Shown: positions 39,880-49,809 of the stretch, piece after piece
Layout of the letters: every line of letters begins with the position of its first letter
Position numbering within the stretch: position 1 is the stretch's first letter
Assembly: GCA_965223415.1 (NCBI GenBank)
Contig: OZ245002.1
Location: forward strand, 5,408,001-5,472,000
Length of the DNA: 64,000 bases
Reading direction: 5' to 3'
Source of the DNA: Myxococcota bacterium
GTDB lineage: Bacteria; Myxococcota_A; UBA9160; UBA6930
Position numbers and translations under genes: made by a program
Notes under the pieces: generated by a model
Seen by the model: only the letters and a program-made list of their open reading frames with translations
Told to the model about the DNA's origin: nothing
The model's database searches: none

Positions 39880-41646
39880 ATGGCTTGGCTCGACGAACTC
39901 ACTGCGATCGGACGTCTAGTAGGGAGCGCTCGACGTGCGCTGCCCAAATCGAACTGGACCATGACGCGGCTGCTCGAGGAGCGCGCACACCGGGCGCCCG
40001 GCGATCTTGCCCTCGCGTACCTCGATCGTCGGTATACCTGGGGCGAGATCGACCAGCACGCGAATCGCTGGGCCCACGTGTTCCTGGACGAGGGCATCGA
40101 GCCCGGCGACATCGTGGCGCTGATCATGGACAACCGACCGGAGTACCTCTTCGCGGTCCATGGCCTCGCGAAGGTCGGTGCGGCGGCGGCGCTGATCAAC
40201 ACGAATCTCACGGGTCAGTCCCTCGTCCACGCGATCACCGTGGGGAACTCGCGCAAGGTCGTCGCCGGCGACGAGCACGCGGCCGCCGTCGAAGAGGTGA
40301 TCGCGGAGCTCGAGACCCTCGACGACGAGCACCCGGTCCTGCTCCACGTGGAGGACGCGACGCAGCCGCGACCCGGTGGGGGCGTGCCGCTCAACGAGGC
40401 GCTGCAGTCGGCCCAGGCGTCGAAGCCGCAGGTCGCAGTCGAGGCCGACTCCGAGATCCTCTTCTGCTTCATCTACACGTCCGGGACGACGGGGCTGCCG
40501 AAGGCTGCGGTCGTCTCGCACCGGCGCGCGATGATCGGGGGGCTCGGCGCTGCGCACCTCATGATGCGGCTCGAGCCGGGTGACGTGAGCTACGTGGCCC
40601 TGCCGCTCTATCACTCGAGCGCGATGTTCATCGGCTGGAGCGCCGTGCTGAACTCCGGCGCTGCGATGGCGTTGCGGCGCAAGTTCTCGGTCACGCATTT
40701 CTGGGACGACGTGCGTCGCTTCGGCGCCACGCACTCCGTCTACATCGGCGAGCTGTGTCGCTACCTCCTGAACGGGGAGCCCGGTCCGGGCGATCGCGAC
40801 CACGACCTGCGTTGCGTAATGGGCAACGGACTGCGACCGGACATCTGGAACGAGTTCCAGGAGCGCTTCGGGATCCCGGAGATCCGCGAGTTCTATGGCG
40901 CCACCGAAGGCACGGCGGGGCTCATGAATCGCACGGGCAAGCCGGGCATGGTGGGCAAGATCGGCTTCGGCATGAAGCTGGTCACCTGCAACCAGGAGAC
41001 CGGCGAGCCGATTCGCGGCGCCGACGGTTTCTGTACCCCGGTCGACCCGGGGCAGATCGGCCTGCTGCTGGGACCGATCTCGAAGGCGACCTCGTTCGAC
41101 GGCTACGTCGACCGGGAGGCCTCGCAGAAGAAGATCCTGACGGACGTGTTCAAGAGCGGCGATCGCTTCTTCAACACGGGGGACCTGTTGCAACTCCACG
41201 AGGGCAAGTGGCTCTCGTTCGCGGATCGGGTGGGGGACACCTTCCGCTGGAAGGGCGAGAACGTCTCGACCAACGAGGTCGCGGAGGTCTGCAACGGAGC
41301 GCCGGGTGTGCTCGAGACCAACGTCTACGGCGTTCAGGTTCCGGGCGCAGACGGCCGGGCCGGCATGGCGGCGATCGACACGGACGAGGGCTTCGACCTC
41401 GAGGCGTTCGCCGGGTTCGTGAAGTCGGCGCTTCCCGGCTACCAGCGTCCGCTCTTCGTGCGCCTGCTGGGCGGCGAGATGCAGACCACCGGCACCTTCA
41501 AGCACCAGAAGGTGCGATACCGCAACGAGGCGTTCGATCCCGGCCAGTGCGAGGACCCGCTCTACTACTTCGATGGCGAGTCGTATCGGCCCATCGACGC
41601 CGCGGTCTTCGACGCCATCGGCAAAGGCGAGATCCGGGTGGGCTAG
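39880..41646 (+). CDS. Long-chain acyl-CoA synthetase (FATP/FadD6-like)
   Basis: IYTSGTTGLPK, YIGELCRYL, DRVGDTFRWKGENVST. Confidence 0.92.
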   Translation: MAWLDELTAIGRLVGSARRALPKSNWTMTRLLEERAHRAPGDLALAYLDRRYTWGEIDQHANRWAHVFLDEGIEPGDIVALIMDNRPEYLFAVHGLAKVGAAAALINTNLTGQSLVHAITVGNSRKVVAGDEHAAAVEEVIAELETLDDEHPVLLHVEDATQPRPGGGVPLNEALQSAQASKPQVAVEADSEILFCFIYTSGTTGLPKAAVVSHRRAMIGGLGAAHLMMRLEPGDVSYVALPLYHSSAMFIGWSAVLNSGAAMALRRKFSVTHFWDDVRRFGATHSVYIGELCRYLLNGEPGPGDRDHDLRCVMGNGLRPDIWNEFQERFGIPEIREFYGATEGTAGLMNRTGKPGMVGKIGFGMKLVTCNQETGEPIRGADGFCTPVDPGQIGLLLGPISKATSFDGYVDREASQKKILTDVFKSGDRFFNTGDLLQLHEGKWLSFADRVGDTFRWKGENVSTNEVAEVCNGAPGVLETNVYGVQVPGADGRAGMAAIDTDEGFDLEAFAGFVKSALPGYQRPLFVRLLGGEMQTTGTFKHQKVRYRNEAFDPGQCEDPLYYFDGESYRPIDAAVFDAIGKGEIRVG

Positions 41647-41804
41647 GCGCTCCGAGCTTCCTCGGCTGGGTGCTTAACTGCGCAGTGCCGTCACTGCTGG
41701 CTGGCCTGGAACGGCAACGCATCGAGTCGCTTCGCATCTAATGCTGAGCCCCAGGTGCGTTGCCTGAGGCTCGATGCTGCCGTGCGGTAAGTGCGCGAGT
41801 TCGC

Positions 41805-41882
41805 TGGCACGCCGGGAGGGATTCGAACCCCCGACCCCCAGGTTCGAAGCCTGGTGCTCGATGTCGAACCACCGGACAACGC
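41805..41882 (-). repeat. tRNA-Arg(TCG)-like element with intact 3' half and aberrant 5' half
   Basis: CCAGG-CTTCGAA-CCTGG arm, T arm, CCA; near copy of 11347-11424. Confidence 0.8.
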
Positions 41883-42013
41883 AGTTCGAAGAGCCGCGCG
41901 CATCCAGCGTTCAGCGGCCCGGAACCAGGCGCTCGCCGCGACAACCAAGCACGACCAAAACGCGAAATCAGACACCGCCAGAACGCGAATTCCTCAGCGA
42001 ATCCGGCGACTTG
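41883..42013. repeat. Conserved Arg-Asp spacer
   Basis: Same length as and homologous to 11425-11555. Confidence 0.85.
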
Positions 42014-42110
42014 TGGCGGGGCGGACGGGACTCGAACCTACAACCTCCGGCCGTAACTCCGCGGAAACGCAGGGGTCCGGATCGGTGAAGCTTGTATCCC
42101 GTTGTATCCC
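42014..42110 (-). repeat. tRNA-Asp att-like module (97 bp)
   Basis: 25-nt tRNA 3' identity plus TTGTATCCC x2. Confidence 0.92.
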
Positions 42111-42303
42111 AACCTCTCCGGGACCCCCCGCTGCCCCGAGCGCAGTGGGGTTTGGCGGGACCCAGTCAACCAGGTGCGACCAGTTCGAACCGGACTTCGC
42201 GCGAAGAGGACGCGGGAATCGAACCCGGGCTCAAGGGACGCAAGCGCCGGAAAGGAGTGGCGTCGATCTCTCGTATCGTCACTCACCACCCGTGAGGCGT
42301 GCA

Positions 42304-43383
42304 TCATTCGCCCGCCGCGGCGGACTGAAGCCGCGCCCGTCGACGGATCTCCGAAGGCGCGCATTGCGCCCAGCGCTTGAACGCCTTGCGGAAATTCGAG
42401 GCGTCCTCGAACCCGACCCGTCGCCCGATCTCGTCCACGGGAATGCGCGTGTTCTCCAGATACTCGACCGCCACCGACAAGCGTGTTTCATCGACGAGCT
42501 GCTGGAAGCGAAGCCCGTCGTCGCGAAGACGCCGGTAGAACGTCCGGAGGGATAGACCGAGGTTCTTGGCGATCTCAGGTGCGGTCGAAGCATACCCCTG
42601 GCGCGCGAGGCAGAGCCTTCGAACGTCCCGAGCAAGTCTCGTTTCCCCGACGCCGCTCGACACGATGCGTTCGCAGAAGTCCTGACACACGCGTGCGGTG
42701 GCATCGCTCGCCTCGGGACAGGGCCGTTCCAGAACGGCCGCATCGAAGTGCCACTCCATCACATCGCTGGCGAAATGGATCGGACATCGGAGCGCGTCGC
42801 GGTACGCCGCTGCGTGGGCAGGCGCTTCGTACGGGAAGTACATCGCGCTCGAGGGGAAAGGCGCCCCGACCACGTAGCCGAGTAGCGTCGACATCGAGCT
42901 TCGCCAGAACTCGGCCACGAATGGGAGCGCACTGCCCAGCGAGTGCGCATCGTGGGAGCGCAAGACGCCCACGTCGCCCTGCAGCTCGAAGGTGATGCGC
43001 AGGACGGGACCGGCGAGCTCCAGGTGCTCGAGACCGAACTCGAACGCTTCGCCGACGGTACGACTCGTCAACAGCGCATAGCCGAAGAGGCCGAAGTCGC
43101 TGATGCGCTGCCGCGCGCCGGCCCGCAGGGCCGTGTCAGGCCGTCGTGCGAGGCGCTCGGCGCTTCGCAGCAGCGCAACTCGCCGACCATGATCGATCGG
43201 GTGCTCGGAACTCAACGCGTCGCCCAATGTGACGCCCGACGCGGAAGTCCATGCTCGGTGATCGATGCCCTGCTCGGCGAGCTCGCGGCCGAGCGCGTCG
43301 AGTCCGAAGCCGAGGGAGGCTCCGGACGAGAGGTCAACGGGGACTTCCGGACGTTCTCGTTGAATGGGCAGCTGGGAGGGCAC
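42304..43383 (-). CDS. AraC-family regulator
   Basis: LGLSLRTFYRRL, VGFEDASNFRKAFKRW; start uncertain. Confidence 0.9.
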   Translation of the reverse strand: MPSQLPIQRERPEVPVDLSSGASLGFGLDALGRELAEQGIDHRAWTSASGVTLGDALSSEHPIDHGRRVALLRSAERLARRPDTALRAGARQRISDFGLFGYALLTSRTVGEAFEFGLEHLELAGPVLRITFELQGDVGVLRSHDAHSLGSALPFVAEFWRSSMSTLLGYVVGAPFPSSAMYFPYEAPAHAAAYRDALRCPIHFASDVMEWHFDAAVLERPCPEASDATARVCQDFCERIVSSGVGETRLARDVRRLCLARQGYASTAPEIAKNLGLSLRTFYRRLRDDGLRFQQLVDETRLSVAVEYLENTRIPVDEIGRRVGFEDASNFRKAFKRWAQCAPSEIRRRARLQSAAAGE

Positions 43384-43521
43384 CGGCCGACGTTCCTCGC
43401 TATTCGCTCGAGCCTTCGAGCCTAGGATGGCACGATTTCACTCGATGATTGGCAGGATATCACCTCACAGTCGGTGGCGCTGTCGCAGATACTCCTGGTG
43501 CCCGTCGAGCAGGAGTCCCCG

Positions 43522-44940
43522 ATGACGACCCAGCCCCCCATCGAAGCCCTGTCCCAACGACTCCGATCCCAACGCGCCGCCTTCGCCGCGGAGCCGTACC
43601 CGACGCTGGCTCGGCGGCGCGAGTGGATCGATCGCATCCTCGACATGACCGCCCGCTACCAGCACGAGATCGTCGAGGCGGCACACGTGGATTTCGGGGG
43701 CCGCGCGCCGGCCGAGACGACCATGGTCGAGGTCTTCGGAACGACCGCCAACGCGCGCAACACAAAACGCCGCCTGAAGAAGTGGATGCGCGCTCGCCGG
43801 ATGCCCACCGCGCCGCCCTTCCGGCCCGGCTACAACCGTCTCATGGCGCAGCCCGTAGGCGTCGTCGGTGTGATCGCGCCGTGGAACCTCGCCTACAACC
43901 TCTCGATGGGGCCGGCGATCGCAGCGTTTGCCGCGGGGAACCGTGTCATGTTGAAGCCAAGCGAGATCACGCCGGCCAGTGCCGAGCTGATCCGTCGCAT
44001 GGTCGGCGAGAACTTCGACCCCGACGAGTTCGACGTCTTCCCGGGTGGTCCGGAGCTGGCTGCTGCCTTCTCGGAGCTTCCCTTCGACCATCTCCTCTAC
44101 ACGGGATCGACGTCGATCGGTCGGCGCGTGGCCGAGGCCGCCGCGCGCAACCTCACGCCGGTCACGCTCGAGCTCGGCGGCAAGAGCCCCGTCATCATCG
44201 ACGACTCCGCGGACTTCAAGCGAGCGGCACGGCGCATCGCGTTCGCCAAGCTCCTCAATGGCGGCCAGATCTGCATCGCCCCCGACTACGCGCTCGTGCC
44301 GCGTTCACGGCGTGACGAGTTCGCCCAGGCGGTCATCGCGGAGGCGTGTGACCTCTACCCCGACGCCACTACGAACGACGACTACTGCTCGATCGTGTCC
44401 GACCGGCATCATGAGCGCCTGCTCGGGCTGTTGTCGGAGGCGAGAGCCGCTGGCACCGAGGTGTTGAACGTGGCGCGCATCGAAGAGAGCCACGATCGCC
44501 GGATCCCCATGCAGATCCTGCTCGACCCGGACGAGAAGCTCGGCGTCATGAAGGAGGAGATCTTCGGGCCGCTCCTGCCCGTCGTCTCCTACGAAACGCC
44601 CGATGAGGCCATCCGCTACGTGAACGAACGGCCGCGCCCCCTCGCGCTCTACTGGTTCGGCCAGGATCAGAAGCGTCGAGAAGAGGTGCTCCACCAGACG
44701 ATTAGCGGTGGCGTCACGATCAACGACGCGATCTGGCACTTCGCCCAGGAGGACCAACCCTTCGGCGGTGTCGGCGAGAGCGGCATGGGCGCCTATCACG
44801 GCGAGGCGGGCTTCCGCACCTTCTCGAAGGAGAAACCCGTCTACCACTCGGCGGCGTGGCCGTACTCGATGGCGATGTTCCAACCGCCCTATTCCGACCG
44901 CACCCTGAAGCTACTGGAATTCCTGCGGCGGATCGTTTGA
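43522..44940 (+). CDS. Aldehyde dehydrogenase (coniferyl-aldehyde DH-like)
   Basis: LELGGKSP, GQICIAPDY, EEIFGP, PFGGVGESGMG. Confidence 0.92.
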   Translation: MTTQPPIEALSQRLRSQRAAFAAEPYPTLARRREWIDRILDMTARYQHEIVEAAHVDFGGRAPAETTMVEVFGTTANARNTKRRLKKWMRARRMPTAPPFRPGYNRLMAQPVGVVGVIAPWNLAYNLSMGPAIAAFAAGNRVMLKPSEITPASAELIRRMVGENFDPDEFDVFPGGPELAAAFSELPFDHLLYTGSTSIGRRVAEAAARNLTPVTLELGGKSPVIIDDSADFKRAARRIAFAKLLNGGQICIAPDYALVPRSRRDEFAQAVIAEACDLYPDATTNDDYCSIVSDRHHERLLGLLSEARAAGTEVLNVARIEESHDRRIPMQILLDPDEKLGVMKEEIFGPLLPVVSYETPDEAIRYVNERPRPLALYWFGQDQKRREEVLHQTISGGVTINDAIWHFAQEDQPFGGVGESGMGAYHGEAGFRTFSKEKPVYHSAAWPYSMAMFQPPYSDRTLKLLEFLRRIV

Positions 44941-44983
44941 CCGCGAATCCACCGACCCAATCCGACTCACAAGGAGAGAACCC

Positions 44984-45763
44984 ATGTCAGAAGAGACCTC
45001 CGTGAGCTACGAGCAGGACGGCCCGCTGGGCATCCTGACGATGCACCACGCCCCGCACAATCTGCTGGGTCCTCCCTTGATGAAGGGCGTGCGCGACGCG
45101 CTGGCCACCGCAGAGAAGGAAGGTGCGAGAGCGGTCCTCCTCAAGAGCGGCTTGCGGCATTTCTCGGCGGGCGCCGACATCGCGCTCTTCGAAGGCGCCA
45201 TGGACGGAGGCGGCGGACTCGAGCTCTCGCCTGTCAACTTCCTGAAGGTGCTCGAGGCGTTCCCGCTGCCGATGGTGGCAGCCGTGCACGGCGTCTGTGT
45301 CGGCGGCGGTCTGGAGCCCGCCCTCACGTGCGACTTCATCATCGCCGCGCGCTCTTCGAAGATCGGATCGGTCGAGGCCACGATCGGGCTCAATCCGCTC
45401 ATGGGCGCGATCCAACGGCAGGTCCAGCGGGCCGGGGCGCTCCGCGCCAAGGAGATGTCGATGCTCGGCCGGCGCTATGACGCCGAGACCCTCGAACGCT
45501 GGAATCTCGTGAACCGCGTGGTCGACGACGAGAACCTCGAAGCGGCCGCCCACGCCGTGGCGATGGAACTCGCCAACGGTCCGACGGTCGCACACCGCAT
45601 CACGAAGGAGCTCGCGCGCATTGCGGAAGACGAAGGCGTTGCAGCGGCGGACGCGGTGATGGAGGAGAAGCAGAAGGCGCTCTGGTCGTCCGAGGATCTG
45701 AAGATCGGCCTCGAATCGCTCATGAAGAACGGTCCGGGCCTCGCCCGCTTCGAGGGGAGGTAA
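44984..45763 (+). CDS. Enoyl-CoA hydratase/isomerase
   Basis: FSAGAD, VHG.CVGGGLE..CD. Confidence 0.88.
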   Translation: MSEETSVSYEQDGPLGILTMHHAPHNLLGPPLMKGVRDALATAEKEGARAVLLKSGLRHFSAGADIALFEGAMDGGGGLELSPVNFLKVLEAFPLPMVAAVHGVCVGGGLEPALTCDFIIAARSSKIGSVEATIGLNPLMGAIQRQVQRAGALRAKEMSMLGRRYDAETLERWNLVNRVVDDENLEAAAHAVAMELANGPTVAHRITKELARIAEDEGVAAADAVMEEKQKALWSSEDLKIGLESLMKNGPGLARFEGR

Positions 45764-45766
45764 ACC

Positions 45767-47089
45767 ATGTCGGGACCTCTCGAAGGACTCAAGGTCGTCG
45801 ATTTTTCGCGCGTATTGGCCGGTCCGCTCTGCGCGCGCACGCTGCAGGACCTCGGCGCGGAGGTGCTCAAGATCGAGCCGCCGCGTGCAGACGTCTCCCG
45901 CTTCTCGGCTCCGATCAATCCCAACGGCATGTCGGGCTACTACGCCCAACAGAACGCCGGCAAGCGGAACATCTCGATCGATCTCAATCGGCCGGAGGCG
46001 CGGGAGATCGCGCTCAAGCTATGTGACGAAGCGGACGTACTCGTCGAGAATTTCCGGCCGGGGGCACTCGGTGCATTCGGGCTCGACTACGCGACGCTCG
46101 CCGAGCGTAATCCGCGACTCATCTACGTCTCGATCTCGGGCTACGGGCAAGGCGGTCCCTTCAAGGGGCGCATGGCCTACGCGCCGACCGTTCAGGCCGA
46201 GGCGGGCTTCACCCATCACTCCCTTCGCCACTTCGGGGAGAATCTCCAGGCGCCCCAGACCGACGCCCTCTCCCACGCCGACGTCTACGCCGGCTTGCAG
46301 GGGGTGATCGCGGTGCTCGCCGCCGTCCGCCAGAGGGAGACGACGGGGACCGGGCAGCACATCGACGTGGCGATGGCGGCAACGGTGATCGCGATCAACG
46401 AGCGCGCGCACGTCGATCTCAACGGGCTCGAGCTCGAGGACGAGCCCGCGATCCTCGGCGCGACCGATGGCTCGTTCTTCACGGGACCGGGTGGCGAGCC
46501 GTTCATCTCCGCGATCAGCATCGTCGGAACGATCACCTTCCGCTTCTTCATGGCGGCGATGCGCCGACCCGACCTCGCCCTCGACCCGCGCTTCGCAACA
46601 CCCGGCGCGCGCCGGGCGAACCTCGAATCCCTGAAAGACGTGATCCAGTCGTGGATCTACTCCTTCCCCGACATGGCCTCCCTCGACGCTCAGCTCGACG
46701 AAGCGAAGATCGCGATCGGAGAGATCCGACCGCTCCAAGAAGTGGCCGAGTCCGAGTGGGCCGACTACTGGACTGCGACCCACGAGGTCTCGGACCGCAA
46801 CGGCGGCTCGTTTCGGCTACCGGGCCGACCGTGGAGGTTCTCGGGCGCGGAACTCTCTCCGCCCGGCGAGCCAGCGCTCCAGGGCGAGCACAACGCTCAG
46901 GTCTGCTCCGAGCTCGGACTCGACGATGCCGCAGTCAAGGAACTCGAAGAAGCGGGCGTACTGGTCGGAAACTTCGCAGCGCGAATGATCGAGAGCGTCG
47001 AGCAGAGTGTCGCGGCCGATCTCGCGCGGATCAACGCGGCACCCGAAGTGGCCGATTCGTCGGAAGGCGCGGGAGATCGACCTGAATGA
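45767..47089 (+). CDS. Family III CoA-transferase (CaiB/BaiF)
   Basis: LAGP..DLGAEVLKIE, NAGK, ENFRPG. Confidence 0.9.
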   Translation: MSGPLEGLKVVDFSRVLAGPLCARTLQDLGAEVLKIEPPRADVSRFSAPINPNGMSGYYAQQNAGKRNISIDLNRPEAREIALKLCDEADVLVENFRPGALGAFGLDYATLAERNPRLIYVSISGYGQGGPFKGRMAYAPTVQAEAGFTHHSLRHFGENLQAPQTDALSHADVYAGLQGVIAVLAAVRQRETTGTGQHIDVAMAATVIAINERAHVDLNGLELEDEPAILGATDGSFFTGPGGEPFISAISIVGTITFRFFMAAMRRPDLALDPRFATPGARRANLESLKDVIQSWIYSFPDMASLDAQLDEAKIAIGEIRPLQEVAESEWADYWTATHEVSDRNGGSFRLPGRPWRFSGAELSPPGEPALQGEHNAQVCSELGLDDAAVKELEEAGVLVGNFAARMIESVEQSVAADLARINAAPEVADSSEGAGDRPE

Positions 47090-48351
47090 CGACGGTCGAC
47101 GAGACCCACGACCCGCAGCTCCGGAGCTGGGTCACGAGCGCGAACGATCCCGACTCGGACTTTCCGATCCAGAATCTCCCGTTCGGCATCTATCGATCGC
47201 GCGACGCCGGATCGCAATGGCGGGGCGGTGTGGCAATCGGCGACCAGGTCTTCGACCTGGCCGCCGTCGACGCGGAGACCGGCCCGACCTTGAACCCACT
47301 GGCTGCTGCCGGTCGATCGACCTGGCGAGACTTGCGCCAGAGGCTCTCGCACGCGCTTTCCGATCGGGGCCACTCCGCGAAGCTCGAGCGATACCTGACT
47401 TCCCTTTCGGACGTCGAGCTCGGTCTCCCCGTCGCCGTCGGCGACTACACCGACTTCTACAGCTCGTATTTCCATGCGTATCACGCAGGGCAGCTCTTTC
47501 GTCCCGATGATCCGCTCACGCCGAACTTCAAGTGGATTCCCATCGGCTACCACGGCCGGTCCTCGTCGATCGTGCCGAGCGGAGCTCCCGTCTACCGGCC
47601 GTCGGGGCAACAGTCGCCCGAAGGCGAGGGCCCGCCGATGTTCGGCCCCTCGAAGGCACTGGACTACGAGGTCGAGCTCGGACTCGTCGTCGGCCCGGGG
47701 AACGAGCGCGGCAATGCGATCCCCATCGATCGTGCGGAGGACCATCTCTTCGGTGTCGTTCTTCTGAATGACTGGTCCGCGCGCGACGTTCAGGCCTGGG
47801 AGTATCAACCGCTCGGCCCCTTCCTCTCGAAAAGCTTCGCGACGACACTATCGCCTTGGGTCGTCACCCTCGAGGCGCTCGCGCCGTTTCGCGCCCCCGC
47901 CTTCGCGCGTTCGCAGGGGGATCCGGAGCCGCTGCCCTACCTGACCGATTCGCGCAACGAAAAGCGGGGCCACTTCGACATCCAGGTCGAGGCGTGGATC
48001 AGGACGGCGGACGCGACCCGGCCGTATCGCCTGTCTCATAGCTCGTATGCGACGAGCTATTGGACAGCCGCGCAGCTCATCACGCACCACACCTCCAACG
48101 GCTGCCCTCTCGAGCCAGGTGATCTCCTGGGAACCGGAACCGTGTCAGGACCGAACCCGGAAGAGGCAGGGACGTTGCTCGAGCTGTCGAAAGCCGGCGC
48201 ATCGCCAGTAGTGCTGCCCGACGGTGCCAAGCGCGGATTCCTCGAGGATGGTGATGAGCTCGTGCTGCGCGCAGGCTGCAATGCGGAAGGCTACCGAGGA
48301 ATCGGGTTCGGTGAGGCAACCGGAACGGTGGCTGCCACGGTCGATTCTTGA
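47086..48351 (+). CDS. fahA: Fumarylacetoacetase
   Basis: FPIQNLPFG, DYTDFY, YHGRSSS, NDWSARDVQAWEYQPLGPF. Confidence 0.93.
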   Translation: MTTVDETHDPQLRSWVTSANDPDSDFPIQNLPFGIYRSRDAGSQWRGGVAIGDQVFDLAAVDAETGPTLNPLAAAGRSTWRDLRQRLSHALSDRGHSAKLERYLTSLSDVELGLPVAVGDYTDFYSSYFHAYHAGQLFRPDDPLTPNFKWIPIGYHGRSSSIVPSGAPVYRPSGQQSPEGEGPPMFGPSKALDYEVELGLVVGPGNERGNAIPIDRAEDHLFGVVLLNDWSARDVQAWEYQPLGPFLSKSFATTLSPWVVTLEALAPFRAPAFARSQGDPEPLPYLTDSRNEKRGHFDIQVEAWIRTADATRPYRLSHSSYATSYWTAAQLITHHTSNGCPLEPGDLLGTGTVSGPNPEEAGTLLELSKAGASPVVLPDGAKRGFLEDGDELVLRAGCNAEGYRGIGFGEATGTVAATVDS

Positions 48352-48532
48352 ATCGAACTGCAGCGGTCGAGACCCCTGGCACCGATTTCTCACCGCAGAT
48401 CAACGCATTGCTCCGCCAGCGAGCTCTCGCGAGTGTGCGGAGACACCGCGAGAGCTGCAGCCTATCCGACGGTTCGGTTGCGCCGGAGCCTCCGGGCAGG
48501 CGATCCCAGGTCCGATCGACCAGGCGGACCCA

Positions 48533-48701
48533 GACCCCCAGATGCTCGATGTCGAACGGCCGGACAACACAGTTCGGACAGACGCGCGCATCCAGGCGTC
48601 AGGACTCCGAGATCGGGCGCTCGCCGCGACAACCAAGCGCAGCCAAAGCCCCGAACCAAGCACCGCCAGAACGCGAATTCCTCAGCGAATCCAGCGGCTT
48701 G
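48533..48701. repeat. Arg-Asp spacer with a deleted Arg site
   Basis: GACCCCCAG joined directly to ATGCTCGATGTCGAAC; rest homologous to 11396-11555. Confidence 0.85.
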
Positions 48702-48778
48702 TGGCGGGGCGGACGGGACTCGAACCCGCAACTTCCGGCGTGACAGGCCGGTGCTCTAACCAATTGAACTACCGCCCC
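48702..48778 (-). tRNA. tRNA-Asp(GTC)
   Basis: 77-nt cloverleaf: GGGGCGG/CCGCCCC acceptor, CCGGC-CTGTCAC-GCCGG, TTCGAGT, CCA. Confidence 0.97.
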
Positions 48779-48817
48779 GCGGCGGGCTCAGGAAGTAGCT
48801 GATCGGCCCTTGGGGCG

Positions 48818-49792
48818 CTAGCGATCGGGCGCCTTCGAGGCGGGAGTCGCGGTCTCGCGGGCCTCGGCGCGGGCGGCCTGGCGCGCCGCGCGGCGGTCGG
48901 CGCGGATCGCGTCCTTGGGGAAGCGCCAGGTGAGGCTCCCCTCCGTCGCGTCGGCCACCGCCCGGATCTCCGCCACCTCGTCCGGGAGCTTCTCCGCGCG
49001 CCGACCGCTGCGCAGCTTGTGGGCGACGCGACGCACGGCGTCCTGGAGGAGCAGCCACTCCACGTAGCCGGGCTCGATCCAGTCGGGATCCGCCTCGGTG
49101 GCGTAGCCCTCGAAGTAGGCCTCCAGGGTGTCCGAGTCGTTGGCCGTCTTGAGCAGGGTGGCCAGGGAGCAGCCGCGCGGTGCGAGACCGATGGCCTCTT
49201 CGTCCACGTAGCGGAGGTCGTCGTCGTCGGGCCTCCACATGAAGTTGTCCTTGTGGACGTCGTCGATCTCGAGCTCCACGGGCAGGCCGTGGCGGAGGGC
49301 GTGGCGCAGGGCCTTGCGGAGCACCCGGCCCACGCTGCGGCCCGGGAGCCCGGCGCGGGTCGCGACCGTGGCGAGGTCCGCGACGAAGCGGCCGAGGGCC
49401 GTGAGCGAGGCGAGCCATCGCGGGGGCGTGGGCATCGCGTCGTGCGGGGCGCGGCCCATCGTGTGGAGGCGTGCCGCGAGGCTTCCGACGCGGCCGGCCT
49501 GGGCGAGCAGCTCGTGGCGGGTGAGGGGCCGGTGGTCGGCGAGCAGGTCGAGGAGCAAGAAGCGGCCGTTTCGCGCGACGAAGGGTGGGAAGAGCCAGGG
49601 CAGCCCGCGCACCAGGGCCTCGATCTCTCTCGCGCGGCGCTCACCGGCGCAGGCGCGCAGCTTGTAGGCGCGGCCCGCCCCGTCGGTCACGCGGAAGGCG
49701 GTGCCGCTGTGGGCGCCCTCCCCGCCCAGGCCTTCCAGCGCGACGAGCCGGCGCTCCGGCTCGAAGGGCCGCTCCTCGAGGATCGGATGCAT
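48818..49792 (-). CDS. Phosphotransferase/kinase-like (APH fold) protein
   Basis: AYKL, DVHKDNF, YVDEE. Confidence 0.65.
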   Translation of the reverse strand: MHPILEERPFEPERRLVALEGLGGEGAHSGTAFRVTDGAGRAYKLRACAGERRAREIEALVRGLPWLFPPFVARNGRFLLLDLLADHRPLTRHELLAQAGRVGSLAARLHTMGRAPHDAMPTPPRWLASLTALGRFVADLATVATRAGLPGRSVGRVLRKALRHALRHGLPVELEIDDVHKDNFMWRPDDDDLRYVDEEAIGLAPRGCSLATLLKTANDSDTLEAYFEGYATEADPDWIEPGYVEWLLLQDAVRRVAHKLRSGRRAEKLPDEVAEIRAVADATEGSLTWRFPKDAIRADRRAARQAARAEARETATPASKAPDR

Positions 49793-49809
49793 GGCGCGGC
49801 GGCGGAGCG

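Noticed and set aside
42214..42227. GGGAATCGAACCCG T-arm-like motif after the last Asp module
   Set aside because: Too short, no acceptor or anticodon context, no match to the Asp or Arg sequences
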